A stretch of DNA of 63,999 nucleotides, filler included, from Thermoplasmatota archaeon (GTDB taxonomy: Archaea > Thermoplasmatota > E2 > JACPAO01 > JAHFTW01), in assembly GCA_041623215.1 (NCBI GenBank). It is 4 parts of 4 records of this genome, joined end to end, with 100 filler letters (N's around TTAATTAATTAA, not from the genome) between each part and the next. Parts side by side here need not be neighbours in the genome. Positions count along the whole stretch, not along the records: positions 39,468 to 58,260 come from JBFJXH010000023.1; positions 58,361 to 63,999 come from JBFJXH010000115.1; 2 more parts are not named here. One strand, given 5' to 3'. Positions 51,072 through 60,728 of this stretch are shown one piece after another. The translations under genes were made by a program, and so were the position numbers. The number at the start of each line of letters is the position of its first letter. Position 1 is the stretch's first letter. Under the pieces are notes generated by a model, which saw only the letters and a program-made list of their open reading frames with translations, was not told the DNA's origin and made no database searches.

Positions 51072-51202
51072 GTTTTCCTCGGGACGCCTCGTTCCGTGAG
51101 TTAGGTCCCACTTAAACCAGTCGGTCCCTTCAGTAAAGGGTTTGTTGTTTGAAACACCCACCCAACCCTGAAGATTGGGCGCTCACGGGCCAGCGCCCTT
51201 GG

Positions 51203-52840
51203 TCACAATGAGAAGCGCGCGTGGGCTTTGCCAGTGTCTGGGTCTTGCTCGTCGATGGCAGGGCCGTAGAACCGGTATTCCACCTCGTTGGGTGCAACGG
51301 TATCTGGATCAGGGACAGTTACCCAGACATCAACAACCGTGTCAACCCCCGGGTCTTCAATCGCGATTCCGTAGTCGATGGTGCGCTGCGTGCGCGTCAA
51401 GAAATTGGGCAGGAACGCACTGTATCGTTGGAAGTCGCAGTCTTCGGGGTCGTCCACGAGTCGGCGGGCCAATGTGTCAGCGTCAATGCAGAGCGTTGCA
51501 TAGACGTCGGTGGACCGCCCGTCAATGGTGTTGGTAACGGCCTCGCGGAAGCGAATCGTGGGGGGGTCGCCCATCTGATGACTGTAACGGAGGCTCATGG
51601 CGCTCGCCCAGCCATCTACCTCCCCTGCCTCTTGCACGGCAACCTGCGGCAGGTAGTCTGCCGGCAGGACTCCGAAGGCCTGCAAGGCAGCGCTGGGGCG
51701 GTACCGGTCATCATCTGAGCGGTCGCTCCGCCCAATGCTGCTGACATCCACCGGCACCCACGGCGGCTGGCCATTCACTTCGCCACCATAGAATTCTACC
51801 CAGGCATGAAAGCCATCCACATTCCCGGCGAGGTACCCAGACACGACGCGGGCGGGAATACCGGCGGCGCGCAGCAGACTGGTGTAGAGCGCCGCCAGGT
51901 CGCGGCATACGCCGCCGCCGTTGGATAGGGTGTCCACGGGTAGCAGCAAGTCATCCTCCTGGAGGCGCCCCACGTCATACTCCAGTTCGTCGTACATCCA
52001 TTTGTACAGGGCCAGCGCTGCTTCCAGGGTTGTCATGTCGGCAGCGACAGTGGCATCCACAATGGCGGCGATTTCCGGGTCACCCGGAGTGATGGCGTGG
52101 CCCGAACCCAGGAATTGCCCTTGGACGGCAGCCCGTGCTTGGGCCGGCATCGCGAAGGCGGTTGGATTGTCGATATCCCAGATTTGCACATCGTTCTGGT
52201 ACCGAGCCACAATACCAAAGTCGAAAACGCCCTCCGGAAGAAGAAGCGCGTCACCCACAATCACCTGCACCGTTTCATTGCCAAAGTTGCCCGCTTCGTC
52301 CCTCATGCTGACTAGGAACACGTGCAGCCCGTCATCAAGGCCAGAAAGACGCACCGGCAGCTCCGTGCCCACCAGTTGCCCCGTCGCCAGGTTGACAATG
52401 CGGACCTCTGTAGCGCCCTCGACGGAAGCCGATATGACGTGGCCCCCATCCGGGCTGGCAACCAACGTCTCGAGACCGATGGCAGAGGGCGGGGCCGTGT
52501 CCACCAAGACCGGGGACCACGAGTTTCGTTCGCGGCCATCAAGGAAGTAGGCAACCGCCCAACGTCCATCGGGAAGCGTGATGGTCAAGTCATCAACGCC
52601 TTGCTCGCTTACGACCCGGCCCGAGTCCAGGTTGGTACCCTGGATGGTAATGTCGACGGGTTCGTCGTGTTCAACGACGACGCGGAACCTTCCATCGGTG
52701 GTCCATTCTCCCTCCGTGAGGGGACTGACGGCCACCGACGCATAGCGAGGGCCGAGGACCGCTTCAAGGCCCTCTTCCAATGCAGCGCACCCAGCCAAGG
52801 CAGGGGTCAAGAGTAGCAAGGCAGCCAAAACCGGGCGCAC
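51203..52840 (-). CDS. Transglutaminase-like lipoprotein
   Basis: LAGC; G.CRDLA, AGIPAR.V.GY, HAWVE, W.PVD (Cys-His-Asp triad). Confidence 0.85.
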   Translation of the reverse strand: MRPVLAALLLLTPALAGCAALEEGLEAVLGPRYASVAVSPLTEGEWTTDGRFRVVVEHDEPVDITIQGTNLDSGRVVSEQGVDDLTITLPDGRWAVAYFLDGRERNSWSPVLVDTAPPSAIGLETLVASPDGGHVISASVEGATEVRIVNLATGQLVGTELPVRLSGLDDGLHVFLVSMRDEAGNFGNETVQVIVGDALLLPEGVFDFGIVARYQNDVQIWDIDNPTAFAMPAQARAAVQGQFLGSGHAITPGDPEIAAIVDATVAADMTTLEAALALYKWMYDELEYDVGRLQEDDLLLPVDTLSNGGGVCRDLAALYTSLLRAAGIPARVVSGYLAGNVDGFHAWVEFYGGEVNGQPPWVPVDVSSIGRSDRSDDDRYRPSAALQAFGVLPADYLPQVAVQEAGEVDGWASAMSLRYSHQMGDPPTIRFREAVTNTIDGRSTDVYATLCIDADTLARRLVDDPEDCDFQRYSAFLPNFLTRTQRTIDYGIAIEDPGVDTVVDVWVTVPDPDTVAPNEVEYRFYGPAIDEQDPDTGKAHARFSL

Positions 52841-52939
52841 AGCCTTGATTGGGCGGCAGGGTTGATGACGGTTGCCTCTGGGGAGTACCGGCTGGCATCG
52901 CCCAAACGGCCATGCCAAGCTGACTGCTCGCGCCGCGTG

Positions 52940-54280
52940 CTAGTCGCTACGCACGATTTCCGCGACCAAATGGTCGGTTTCGTCGCGCTTCTCCTTGTGG
53001 TTGGTCAGGAATTCGACCAGCAGCTCGGCCGCTTCCGACTTGCAGCCGCCGCAAAGGCGGTCACCCCCCTTGCATTCGTCTCGTACCTGGTCGAGGTGGT
53101 TGTCGTCCTGGGCGAGGTGATACAGGTAGAGTTCAAACACGGGGCACTTGCTCGGGTCGGCTCCTTCGCGGCGTTGTTCTTCTGCGCTTTGCCGGCCACC
53201 CGTGACGCTGCGCTTTACCTTACGAACGGCCTCATCCGGGGCATCGGTGAGAAACACGCTGGTCTCCGGTCGGCTGCTCGACATCTTGTCGCCGGTTAGG
53301 CCCGTCATGAACCGATGGAACGTCGCCGCAGGACGTATGAATCCAAATTCACCCTTCTTGGCTTCAGCACGCGCAAGTGCCGTATCAAGGGCCCGCACGT
53401 CACGCCCCCGAATCTCCGTTGCTCCAAGCACAATCTGACCATGCTTCTCCTTTCGCTTGCGGCTTGTTCGAGTGCCGAGGCCAAGCTCGTCCAACACGGC
53501 GTCCGCCACATCCAGCCATCGCTGCTTGTCGTCGCCCTTCACGGTAAGCACATGCTCGCCGCTCTTGTCATCCTTGACAAGATTGTACCGACGCCACGAT
53601 TGCGCAATGTCGCGCGTGAGCCGAATGTGGGGGTCTTGGTCCACACCCACCGGCACCAGGACCGGCCGCGGGCCCAATTCGTCCGCCTGTGGATGCAGGA
53701 TATCAGCGGCTTGCACGATTGGCGCCATGACGTGCGCCACATGGGTATCGCCGCCGAAGCCGTACAGATTTTGCAGCGTGGACATGTTGACCCGAGTGGC
53801 AAACCGATCGGCCAAGTCCCGCACGCGCGTGCGAGTGGTTTGGAAATAGATCTGCGCCGTGTCGGGCGACATCCCCAGGGCAAGGTAGTTGCGGACGTAT
53901 TGGTCCAATGCCAATTCGCGCGCTGCTTCCAGGGTTAGTCCACGCGCGGCAACGGCCTCAAAGTCAGCCACGGCAATGTGGAGGTCGGCTCCCGCATTCT
54001 GGTGAGCAACGCATTGGTCAACGACCATCTTGTGCCCCAGATGCATGAGGCCGCTGGGCATGAGGCCAGTCATCACAGACCATGGATCGCGGCCGCGACG
54101 CGCATCCTTGACACGGTCAAAATCGCGGTGCCCAAACACAACCCCCCGACGAAACAGGAGGTGGGGCTCGTCAAAAGTAGACCAATCGTCATACCCGAAG
54201 GGCTCAATCCCGAATTGATCGCGCAGGCGACCATAATCCTGGTATTGGCTGGACCCCCACGGGTCGATGGTGGACGTCAC
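52940..54280 (-). CDS. trpS: Tryptophanyl-tRNA synthetase
   Basis: IDPWGS, TGLMPSG.MHLGH, PVG.DQDPH.RLTRD, KMSSS. Confidence 0.95.
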   Translation of the reverse strand: MTSTIDPWGSSQYQDYGRLRDQFGIEPFGYDDWSTFDEPHLLFRRGVVFGHRDFDRVKDARRGRDPWSVMTGLMPSGLMHLGHKMVVDQCVAHQNAGADLHIAVADFEAVAARGLTLEAARELALDQYVRNYLALGMSPDTAQIYFQTTRTRVRDLADRFATRVNMSTLQNLYGFGGDTHVAHVMAPIVQAADILHPQADELGPRPVLVPVGVDQDPHIRLTRDIAQSWRRYNLVKDDKSGEHVLTVKGDDKQRWLDVADAVLDELGLGTRTSRKRKEKHGQIVLGATEIRGRDVRALDTALARAEAKKGEFGFIRPAATFHRFMTGLTGDKMSSSRPETSVFLTDAPDEAVRKVKRSVTGGRQSAEEQRREGADPSKCPVFELYLYHLAQDDNHLDQVRDECKGGDRLCGGCKSEAAELLVEFLTNHKEKRDETDHLVAEIVRSD

Positions 54281-54302
54281 AGCCGGCGACGCTCGCTGTA
54301 GT

Positions 54303-54761
54303 TCAAGGCTGCTTCGGGCGCGCCTGGTGCACAATCCATCCAATAGCCGGCAGGGCCACCAACGCCCCCAGCCACCAATCGTAGCGGGGACCCACCGACC
54401 CGGCGCGCCCATCGGCGGCGGCGTCCGGGGACACGTCGTAAGCCAGCGTGGCCGCTTCGGCCCCGTGATTCGGATAGATTGCACTGAGCGACGGCACCCA
54501 CGAAATGTTGCCAGTGTCGGCCGTAACGACCGGCCGCAGCATGGCACGCCAACTGACTTCGTCCGACGTAACGCGAACGACGTGCTGGCCGGCAGCAAGG
54601 GACATGATGGCAACTGAGTCGTTGAATGCCCTGGCTGGGCTGCCATCCAGGGACCACGACGCCTCGGCCGGCGAGGCTACATCAATGGCCAAACGCCAGT
54701 CGCCCGCGTGGTCCACCGCAGGTGCCAAAACGAGGACCCCTGCCAGCGCCCACGCCATCAT
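54303..54761 (-). CDS. Hypothetical secreted protein with C-terminal TM
   Basis: Hydrophobic N- and C-termini; coupled to the upstream gene. Confidence 0.5.
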   Translation of the reverse strand: MMAWALAGVLVLAPAVDHAGDWRLAIDVASPAEASWSLDGSPARAFNDSVAIMSLAAGQHVVRVTSDEVSWRAMLRPVVTADTGNISWVPSLSAIYPNHGAEAATLAYDVSPDAAADGRAGSVGPRYDWWLGALVALPAIGWIVHQARPKQP

Positions 54762-55951
54762 GGAACGACCGTAAATGTGGTGGAAAACGCGCCCGCTGGG
54801 AGGGGTGCTGGAATGACGGCCAAGCGTAGAATGACGCGGTGTTCGGCGCCCGGCGCTAAGGCTGGCAGAGCGGTAAGCGGCCCCCCGTACGCAACTTCCT
54901 GACCTGACTCGAGGATGAAAAGCAGATTATCGTCGACAGCAATGATGTTGCCTTGGCCATCGACCAATGGCTCAATGTCAAAATGAGGTGTCTGCTCGTT
55001 TCGGCCAGGGTTGCGGATGACGAGGGCCCCAGATGTTTGAACGTCCCGTGCACCGGGAACGAGGCCTTCAAACTGAAGGCCACCGGGCGGCGTTTCGACG
55101 TCAAACTGCGGAGCCTCAATTCGAATCGTTCGATTGGCTTTACTCCACGCATCGTGCTGGTCCCGAGCCGTGGCTTCGATTAGCAGGTCGCCAATGAAAT
55201 CGGCCGTCACGGTGACCACGGTCCGGTTGGCTCCGATTCCTGTACGCGTGACCAGAGGTCCCTCCGGGCCCGAAACGACAAGGTGCCATTCACCGACATC
55301 GTCGCCACCATTGTCGTCGTGCACGGTGAGCGCGACGGACAGTTCCTGGTTGGGTTCGCCCCGTTCAGGGGCCTCCAATGCAATGGTTGGGGGTTGGTTC
55401 AGGACTTCGGCCACCAAGTCGGCCACGGACGGCGACCCGCCGTTCGACGCCCTGGCGCCGTGCGCCCCGGGAGTTGGTTCTTCTGCCATCTCCCATGAGC
55501 CATTTTCTTGGCGCGCAAGACTCGATCCTCGCGGTGGCGCCGCAGGGTCAGCGCCGTATGACAATTCTCGGCTCGTCGTGCCGTCGGGCGCGACGAGGCT
55601 AGCGGTGTCACCACCGTTGTTCCAAACGTTGGCCGTGGTCCATGCAGAGCTTGCTTGGTTCTCTTCAGCGGCCGCCAGCGCGCCGGGACCCGACCACACG
55701 ACCCAGGTTGCACCAGGTGTTAGTTCGACACTTGGCAATGCAAATTCGCCTGCGTTGTCCGTTACTTTCCAGCCGTCGAGCCTTAGCGGCGTGCTGCCCG
55801 CGTTGTAGAGTTCAACGAATTCCCGGTCATTGTGTGGATTGGGCAGCAGTTCCGAAATTTGCAGGGCTGGTGAGCCTTCCGCGTGAACCGTAATGGGCGG
55901 CGCGGCCAGCACGACCACGAGCAGCATGGCAAGAGACCAACTTCGGACCAT
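54758..55951 (-). CDS. Secreted lamin-tail-domain (LTD) protein with Ig-like domains
   Basis: ISELLPNP...EFVELYN...L.GW...WNNGGD...PTPG. Confidence 0.8.
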   Translation of the reverse strand: MVRSWSLAMLLVVVLAAPPITVHAEGSPALQISELLPNPHNDREFVELYNAGSTPLRLDGWKVTDNAGEFALPSVELTPGATWVVWSGPGALAAAEENQASSAWTTANVWNNGGDTASLVAPDGTTSRELSYGADPAAPPRGSSLARQENGSWEMAEEPTPGAHGARASNGGSPSVADLVAEVLNQPPTIALEAPERGEPNQELSVALTVHDDNGGDDVGEWHLVVSGPEGPLVTRTGIGANRTVVTVTADFIGDLLIEATARDQHDAWSKANRTIRIEAPQFDVETPPGGLQFEGLVPGARDVQTSGALVIRNPGRNEQTPHFDIEPLVDGQGNIIAVDDNLLFILESGQEVAYGGPLTALPALAPGAEHRVILRLAVIPAPLPAGAFSTTFTVVP

Positions 55952-56091
55952 AGGACACGCACGGTTCGTCGCACTTCAGGCTCGATGAAAGGGCGATGGC
56001 GCTTGCAGGAACGGTTGCTGGGCCCGGCGACGTCCCTGAACGCGCCCCGGCGGACCGCGGCCAAGGCGAAGCCTTGCAACAAATGGCTGCC

Positions 56092-57219
56092 TTAGGGGCG
56101 ATGCCAACTGAGGGCCAAATACCGGGGCGACCCGCCCATGCCGGACGGCGTTGTCTCCGTTTCTCCGGCGGCGTCGCGGGGGGAAACGGCCGCCAGCAAC
56201 AATTGCTTCTTCACGCCGTGGGCCACCCGGACCGCGCGGCTGAGTTCAGGCCAGGCGAGGGGTTCTTCCAGGTCAACGCACTGGATCAACCACTCGGCGT
56301 GGCTCTCGTCGGGGCCGGTCCGGTAACCCCGCCAGTGCGTGCCAAACTTGAAGCCCGACCTAGGCAGGACGCCACGGGAGCGAAGGTCCGCATAGACGGG
56401 CGAGGTGAGAGGCGCGTGCGCCTGGAGTCGACCGGCCACACCAGCAACATCTACGGGCGCCCCCGCCATGACCGGGGCCAATTGGCCCAGGCTCTGCAGG
56501 TAGGCAGCCTCCGAGAGTGACAACAGAACACCTTGGCCGTGGCCCACGCCCATGTGAATCGCCGCAAGCGCCGGAGTCGCTTCTTGGTCAACAACCAAGA
56601 CCCGGTCCCCCAGTAGTTCGCCCTTCCACGGCCCGCTGCGCGGCGCGGCTGGCCGCCCCGCAACGTCGCCCGCTGGTTGCTCCATGTGCACGCGATAATG
56701 CGTTACATCGCCGTCGTCGTCCACAAGCGCAACTTGGTCAACCCCGGCGAGGCTCGGCCAGGTGATGGCCTGGCGTTCACCCGTGAGTAGCACAGTGGCT
56801 TCTGGCTGAGCCGGGGGTTGGTTTCCTCGCGCCCAAAGATGGTACAGACCGGAGGTAACGCCGCGATTCCGGTCTGGACCCGGGCCGTGTGAAGGTTCAC
56901 CGTCTTGTGCCTCCGCCGGACGAACCACTAGGCCCCGTTCCCGGAGGTCCCGATAGGCAAGGTACGTCACGGCCAAACCGGCAGCGCCCGGACCCGCCTT
57001 GGCCAGCAGGTCTCCGACCGTGCGAACGCCGGCAGAAGGCTCTAGGCGCAGCGCCCCGACGTCCAATGCATAGCTCGCCTCCACCAGATTCAGCCGCAGG
57101 GCATTACCGGATAGCGGAACCCCCAGGGCGCGTTTGTTGTAGAGCCGGTTCGCTTGCGAGGGGTCATGGACCGTCACGGTCCTCTCTGTCTCGTCCAATA
57201 CGCCGAGGGCCGTAGCCAT
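56092..57219 (-). CDS. endA: tRNA-splicing endonuclease (two-unit, alpha2 type)
   Basis: Two repeats of EA.YL...Y.DLR.RG; second unit GFKFG..W.GY...HA...AHGVKK. Confidence 0.9.
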   Translation of the reverse strand: MATALGVLDETERTVTVHDPSQANRLYNKRALGVPLSGNALRLNLVEASYALDVGALRLEPSAGVRTVGDLLAKAGPGAAGLAVTYLAYRDLRERGLVVRPAEAQDGEPSHGPGPDRNRGVTSGLYHLWARGNQPPAQPEATVLLTGERQAITWPSLAGVDQVALVDDDGDVTHYRVHMEQPAGDVAGRPAAPRSGPWKGELLGDRVLVVDQEATPALAAIHMGVGHGQGVLLSLSEAAYLQSLGQLAPVMAGAPVDVAGVAGRLQAHAPLTSPVYADLRSRGVLPRSGFKFGTHWRGYRTGPDESHAEWLIQCVDLEEPLAWPELSRAVRVAHGVKKQLLLAAVSPRDAAGETETTPSGMGGSPRYLALSWHRP

Positions 57220-58259
57220 CAGGCCCCGCCACTAGGCGCGTTGCCGTCGCGTGCTGGCAAGGCGCTGAGTTCCCGTAGTGCTGCATCACGGACTTGCGCT
57301 ACGCGGGCTACCTTGCCGCGGCGAAGCACATACCACCAGAAGGCGGCGCCTTCGAGTTGCAGGTCTCCGCCGCTCGCGTTGGGGTGCCCGCCGCCGCGAA
57401 AGTCGCGGGCAACGAGATGGCTAACGTCCGCACCTTTGGCGCTTCGGATGCTCATCTTGGCATTGGGGCGAACATTCACCGCCATGTCGCAGCCATCTTC
57501 CAGCAACTGGTGGAGGCCGACGTTCTTGGGGAGCCAGCCGTACACGATGGCAACGCTGCGACCATTGTCGGCCCGGTACGTGCGAGCCGATTCGAGCAGT
57601 CGCTCGCCTTGGGCGTCCTGTTCAGCTCGTTGGGCATCGGCTGCCGCGCGAATGGTATCGTCCACCACCTTCCCGTCGGCCGGAGCAGCCACGAAGTGAT
57701 CCCGAAAACCATGCGCTCCTAGCCGCGTCATGGCATATTCGAGGACCTCCGAGTCAGGGTCTTGGTTCAGCCAGCAATCACGATCCCGCACAACGGCTGC
57801 AAAACGGCGCAGGAAATCGTCGTCCGGTGCCAACGCCTGCTGCATGAGGCTTGCCCCCGATTCAGTCCCGTCGTCGTTGACTGTTAGAACCGCCAAATGT
57901 TGCTCAAGTTGCGGCAGGTCAATGCCTTCCCATTGCTTGTGGTGATGATCCCGCCATTCAATCGTCCATCCTGCCTCCCGTAGGGTACGCACGGCGGCCA
58001 CGATGGCTGGAAACTGGGGCGCGTTGAGGGACAAGTCGGCAATGAGAAGCCGACGTCCCCGGGCCGGAAATTTAGAGAAGAAGGTGAGCGCCTCTTGCAT
58101 CTGGTTAGGCTGGGCATACGCAACGCCGACGCCGGCGGGCCCGAGGGTCCGCAGGGCCACCACGGCGCTTGCTACGCCATCCATGCAGTAGCCATGGCTG
58201 ATGACGAGCACGTTTTTGGCATCGGCTTCGGCTTGCGCCCAGCCGCGCTCCTTACGTGC
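57219..58259 (-). CDS. DHH/DHHA1 phosphoesterase, 5'-truncated
   Basis: H...DG, DLS, DHH, GGGHPNASG. Confidence 0.85.
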   Translation of the reverse strand, partial: ARKERGWAQAEADAKNVLVISHGYCMDGVASAVVALRTLGPAGVGVAYAQPNQMQEALTFFSKFPARGRRLLIADLSLNAPQFPAIVAAVRTLREAGWTIEWRDHHHKQWEGIDLPQLEQHLAVLTVNDDGTESGASLMQQALAPDDDFLRRFAAVVRDRDCWLNQDPDSEVLEYAMTRLGAHGFRDHFVAAPADGKVVDDTIRAAADAQRAEQDAQGERLLESARTYRADNGRSVAIVYGWLPKNVGLHQLLEDGCDMAVNVRPNAKMSIRSAKGADVSHLVARDFRGGGHPNASGGDLQLEGAAFWWYVLRRGKVARVAQVRDAALRELSALPARDGNAPSGGA

Positions 58260-58260
58260 C

Positions 58261-58360
58261 NNNNNNNNNNNNNNNNNNNNNNNNNNNNNNNNNNNNNNNN
58301 NNNNTTAATTAATTAANNNNNNNNNNNNNNNNNNNNNNNNNNNNNNNNNNNNNNNNNNNN
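58261..58360. other. Artificial contig linker
   Basis: N run containing TTAATTAATTAA. Confidence 0.98.
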
Positions 58361-58460
58361 ATTCCACATGCGCCTGTTGTTCAGCCGACAGCGCCGCCCA
58401 GCCACGCTCGACGTGACGCAGGGGTGGCCAAACAGGGCGGACCAGTTGCTCCAACGCCAT
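58361..58460 (-). CDS. N-terminal fragment of an unknown protein (MALEQLVRPVWPPL...)
   Basis: ATG with CTTCAAG at about -31..-25, the same spacing as other genes here; runs into the gap. Confidence 0.4.
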
Positions 58461-58683
58461 GCACCAACGACGGACGCGACCAATCTTGAAGCCTTGCGCG
58501 TTCTTGTCGGCGCGAGTCGAGGCGGCGACCTCAAGCGCTTCGACGCGGCGCGAACCCATGCGGCGGGCGGCGGGCACGGAGGAAGGAGCACGGCGTCTGC
58601 CAATGTGCCTCGATGGGGCAAGGCCACCGCCGTTTCGACGACTTGGCTACAACGCCTAAACGGGCCAGATTGCTGAAAACACC

Positions 58684-59280
58684 ATGCGAATTGGTGCCGC
58701 AATCCTGCTACTTACCCTTGCCTGGACGTTGCCCGGCTGCTTATCCAATGATGCCCCAACCGACGCCGGGCTGGACGCCGTGGATGAACACCCCGACCTT
58801 GGCCGCGGGAACGATTCCAGCGAGGCGTCCGAGTCGGCCTGGAGTTTGCAAGCGGACTTCGCCCTCGGCTGGATTGTGGGCATAGGGGCAAACACGTTTC
58901 TGGGCGACCATACGGTAGGTCTGCATGCCAGCGACGAAGGACAATGTCCGCGGTTCAACTTCTTTGTCCCCGAAACGGCGAGCAACGTGGCCATCACTGT
59001 CGATGCTGTGCAAGGCGTTGACCCGAGTGGCGCAGGCGTCGGATCCTATCAATTTGTCATCAGCAACCAGGAGTTAATCCAGTTTACACTCCCAACGGCA
59101 GCGGGGACTGAGTACCAATTCGACCAACCGACGCCAGGCATTTGGGACCTCTGGGTGGACCCCAACGGCGCCGCCGCGAACCTCGCATGGCCCGTCCAGG
59201 TCGTGGTTAACGGCACCTCACCGCACGCCCAAGTTCCGGACGATTTGTACCTGAAGAAGTATGGCGACTGCATGCCATGA
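58684..59280 (+). CDS. Hypothetical lipoprotein
   Basis: LPGC lipobox; P.PG.W.L.V beta-sandwich-like C-terminus. Confidence 0.65.
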   Translation: MRIGAAILLLTLAWTLPGCLSNDAPTDAGLDAVDEHPDLGRGNDSSEASESAWSLQADFALGWIVGIGANTFLGDHTVGLHASDEGQCPRFNFFVPETASNVAITVDAVQGVDPSGAGVGSYQFVISNQELIQFTLPTAAGTEYQFDQPTPGIWDLWVDPNGAAANLAWPVQVVVNGTSPHAQVPDDLYLKKYGDCMP

Positions 59281-59399
59281 CGCCGTGCTTGGTAGCCGGT
59301 CCCTCAGCTTGACGAACCCTGACCGGCAAGCAGTTGCCGGCCCAGACCGTTGCCGGCGCCCACAAAAGAGCCTAAGAAGGGGACCCGAGTGGGCGGCGC

Positions 59400-59567
59400 A
59401 TGGCCAAGAAGTCCTCGGGCCCTGGCATCCAGTCGGCAGCCGGCCTAATCCGCTACTTTGACGCGGAAGAGACGAACAACATCAAGATCCCCCCGATGTT
59501 CGTTATTGGGCTCACCGTGGTGACTGCCGCCGCCGTCATCCTGATGAGCGTGTTTTGGCAGTTGTGA
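59400..59567 (+). CDS. secG: Preprotein translocase subunit Sec61beta (55 aa; missing from the ORF track)
   Basis: MAKKSSGPGIQSAAGLIRYFDAEETNNIKIPP + TM, the archaeal Sec61beta signature. Confidence 0.92.
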   Translation: MAKKSSGPGIQSAAGLIRYFDAEETNNIKIPPMFVIGLTVVTAAAVILMSVFWQL

Positions 59568-59606
59568 AGGCCAGATCCTAGGTCTAGACCGGGCACACCA
59601 AGTCCG

Positions 59607-60308
59607 CTAGCGCAAGCACCAAGCGATGAGGCATTCCCGTAATTGTTCGGGTGATGACACCACATGATGCGCGCCCGCCGACTCGAAGGTCGAGCGACTG
59701 CCGTGCCCCCACAGAACGCCCACCGTCGAGGCTCCGGCTGCCAGGCCCGCGCCGATGTCAAATGTGGTATCCCCAATCATAATGGCGGAATCGACGTCCG
59801 GTTGAAATCCCAGCCGGCCACAAGCCGCCTCGACGGGAGCAGGGTCGGGCTTGATGGGGCGCACATCATCATCTCCAACGATGGTATTGAACGCGTGGCG
59901 GAAGCCGAGTTGGTCCAACAAGTGCACCGCCTCCCCCTCGCCCTTCGTAGTAACAATCGCTTGCTGCCAGCCCGCCTCGTGAATCGCCTCAATCAATTCC
60001 CGCATGCCCGGGAAAAAACGCGCCATGCGCCAACCCCGCGCGGTATAGTGGTCGCGGAAGGCCTCCACCATGGCATCAATGGCCTTCGGTTGCGAGTCCT
60101 TCATGGCCAGAATGGTCCGCAGGTCTTGGCCAATCAGTGTCCGGTCCTCTTCCTGAAAGGGCTCGTGACCGTGCTGGGTGACTGCGTAGTCAATACTGGC
60201 ACGGATGGATCCATTGGGGTCCAAAATGGTCCCGTCCAAGTCCCAAAGGATGGCGCGGCCTTCGCTCTGGTCGGGCTGTACCTCAGGGAAGGAGCCATGC
60301 AAGGCCAC
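59607..60308 (-). CDS. HAD-superfamily hydrolase (phosphoglycolate phosphatase/PpaX-like); start uncertain
   Basis: WDLDGT, VTTK, KPDP, IGDT.FDI. Confidence 0.85.
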   Translation of the reverse strand: MALHGSFPEVQPDQSEGRAILWDLDGTILDPNGSIRASIDYAVTQHGHEPFQEEDRTLIGQDLRTILAMKDSQPKAIDAMVEAFRDHYTARGWRMARFFPGMRELIEAIHEAGWQQAIVTTKGEGEAVHLLDQLGFRHAFNTIVGDDDVRPIKPDPAPVEAACGRLGFQPDVDSAIMIGDTTFDIGAGLAAGASTVGVLWGHGSRSTFESAGAHHVVSSPEQLRECLIAWCLR

Positions 60309-60316
60309 GAAGACCG

Positions 60317-60679
60317 TCAGGGCCGACGGGCCTTTGATGGTGCCGGCAGGCGGTGCCGATTGCGCGCCACAAACCAATAGACCAACGCAGCCAGCCACGA
60401 CACGGGAGGAATTGATGCGGCGTGACCCAGCACGCGCCAGCCCAGGTTGCGCGCACCCGGCAGGGACCGCCAAACCACCGCCACGGCCCGGGCCCCTGAA
60501 TGCGTGCGACCTCGGCCGTCAACGGCCCACGCCGTACGTGCGCAGTCCCCCGCAGAGAGCCCCGGAATGACGCCGGGCGTACAAGGCTCGAAGGAAACCC
60601 TCGCCCGCCGCTCCTGGGCCCAGGAAACCCAGGCCCGGCAAAACGCGCAAGCTTCGTCATAGAGAAGGCGCGCAGGCAT
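60317..60679 (-). CDS. DCC1-like thiol-disulfide oxidoreductase
   Basis: LLYDEACAFC (DxxCxxC); Y..VARNRHRL. Confidence 0.8.
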   Translation of the reverse strand: MPARLLYDEACAFCRAWVSWAQERRARVSFEPCTPGVIPGLSAGDCARTAWAVDGRGRTHSGARAVAVVWRSLPGARNLGWRVLGHAASIPPVSWLAALVYWFVARNRHRLPAPSKARRP

Positions 60680-60728
60680 GGGTCGGCAGCGGCGGCGGCT
60701 TAAATGAGACCGCCGCCTCGCCGCCACC

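Noticed and set aside
54281..54646. Long N-terminal extension of TrpRS in the ORF track (similar extensions on mutS5, ugd, GT2 and HAD)
   Set aside because: It overlaps a neighbouring gene and precedes the conserved N-terminus; artefact of longest-ORF calling
60420..60660. GC-rich structured-looking stretch as a possible SRP or RNase P RNA
   Set aside because: Explained by the DCC-family CDS on the minus strand; no SRP or RNase P signature recognised
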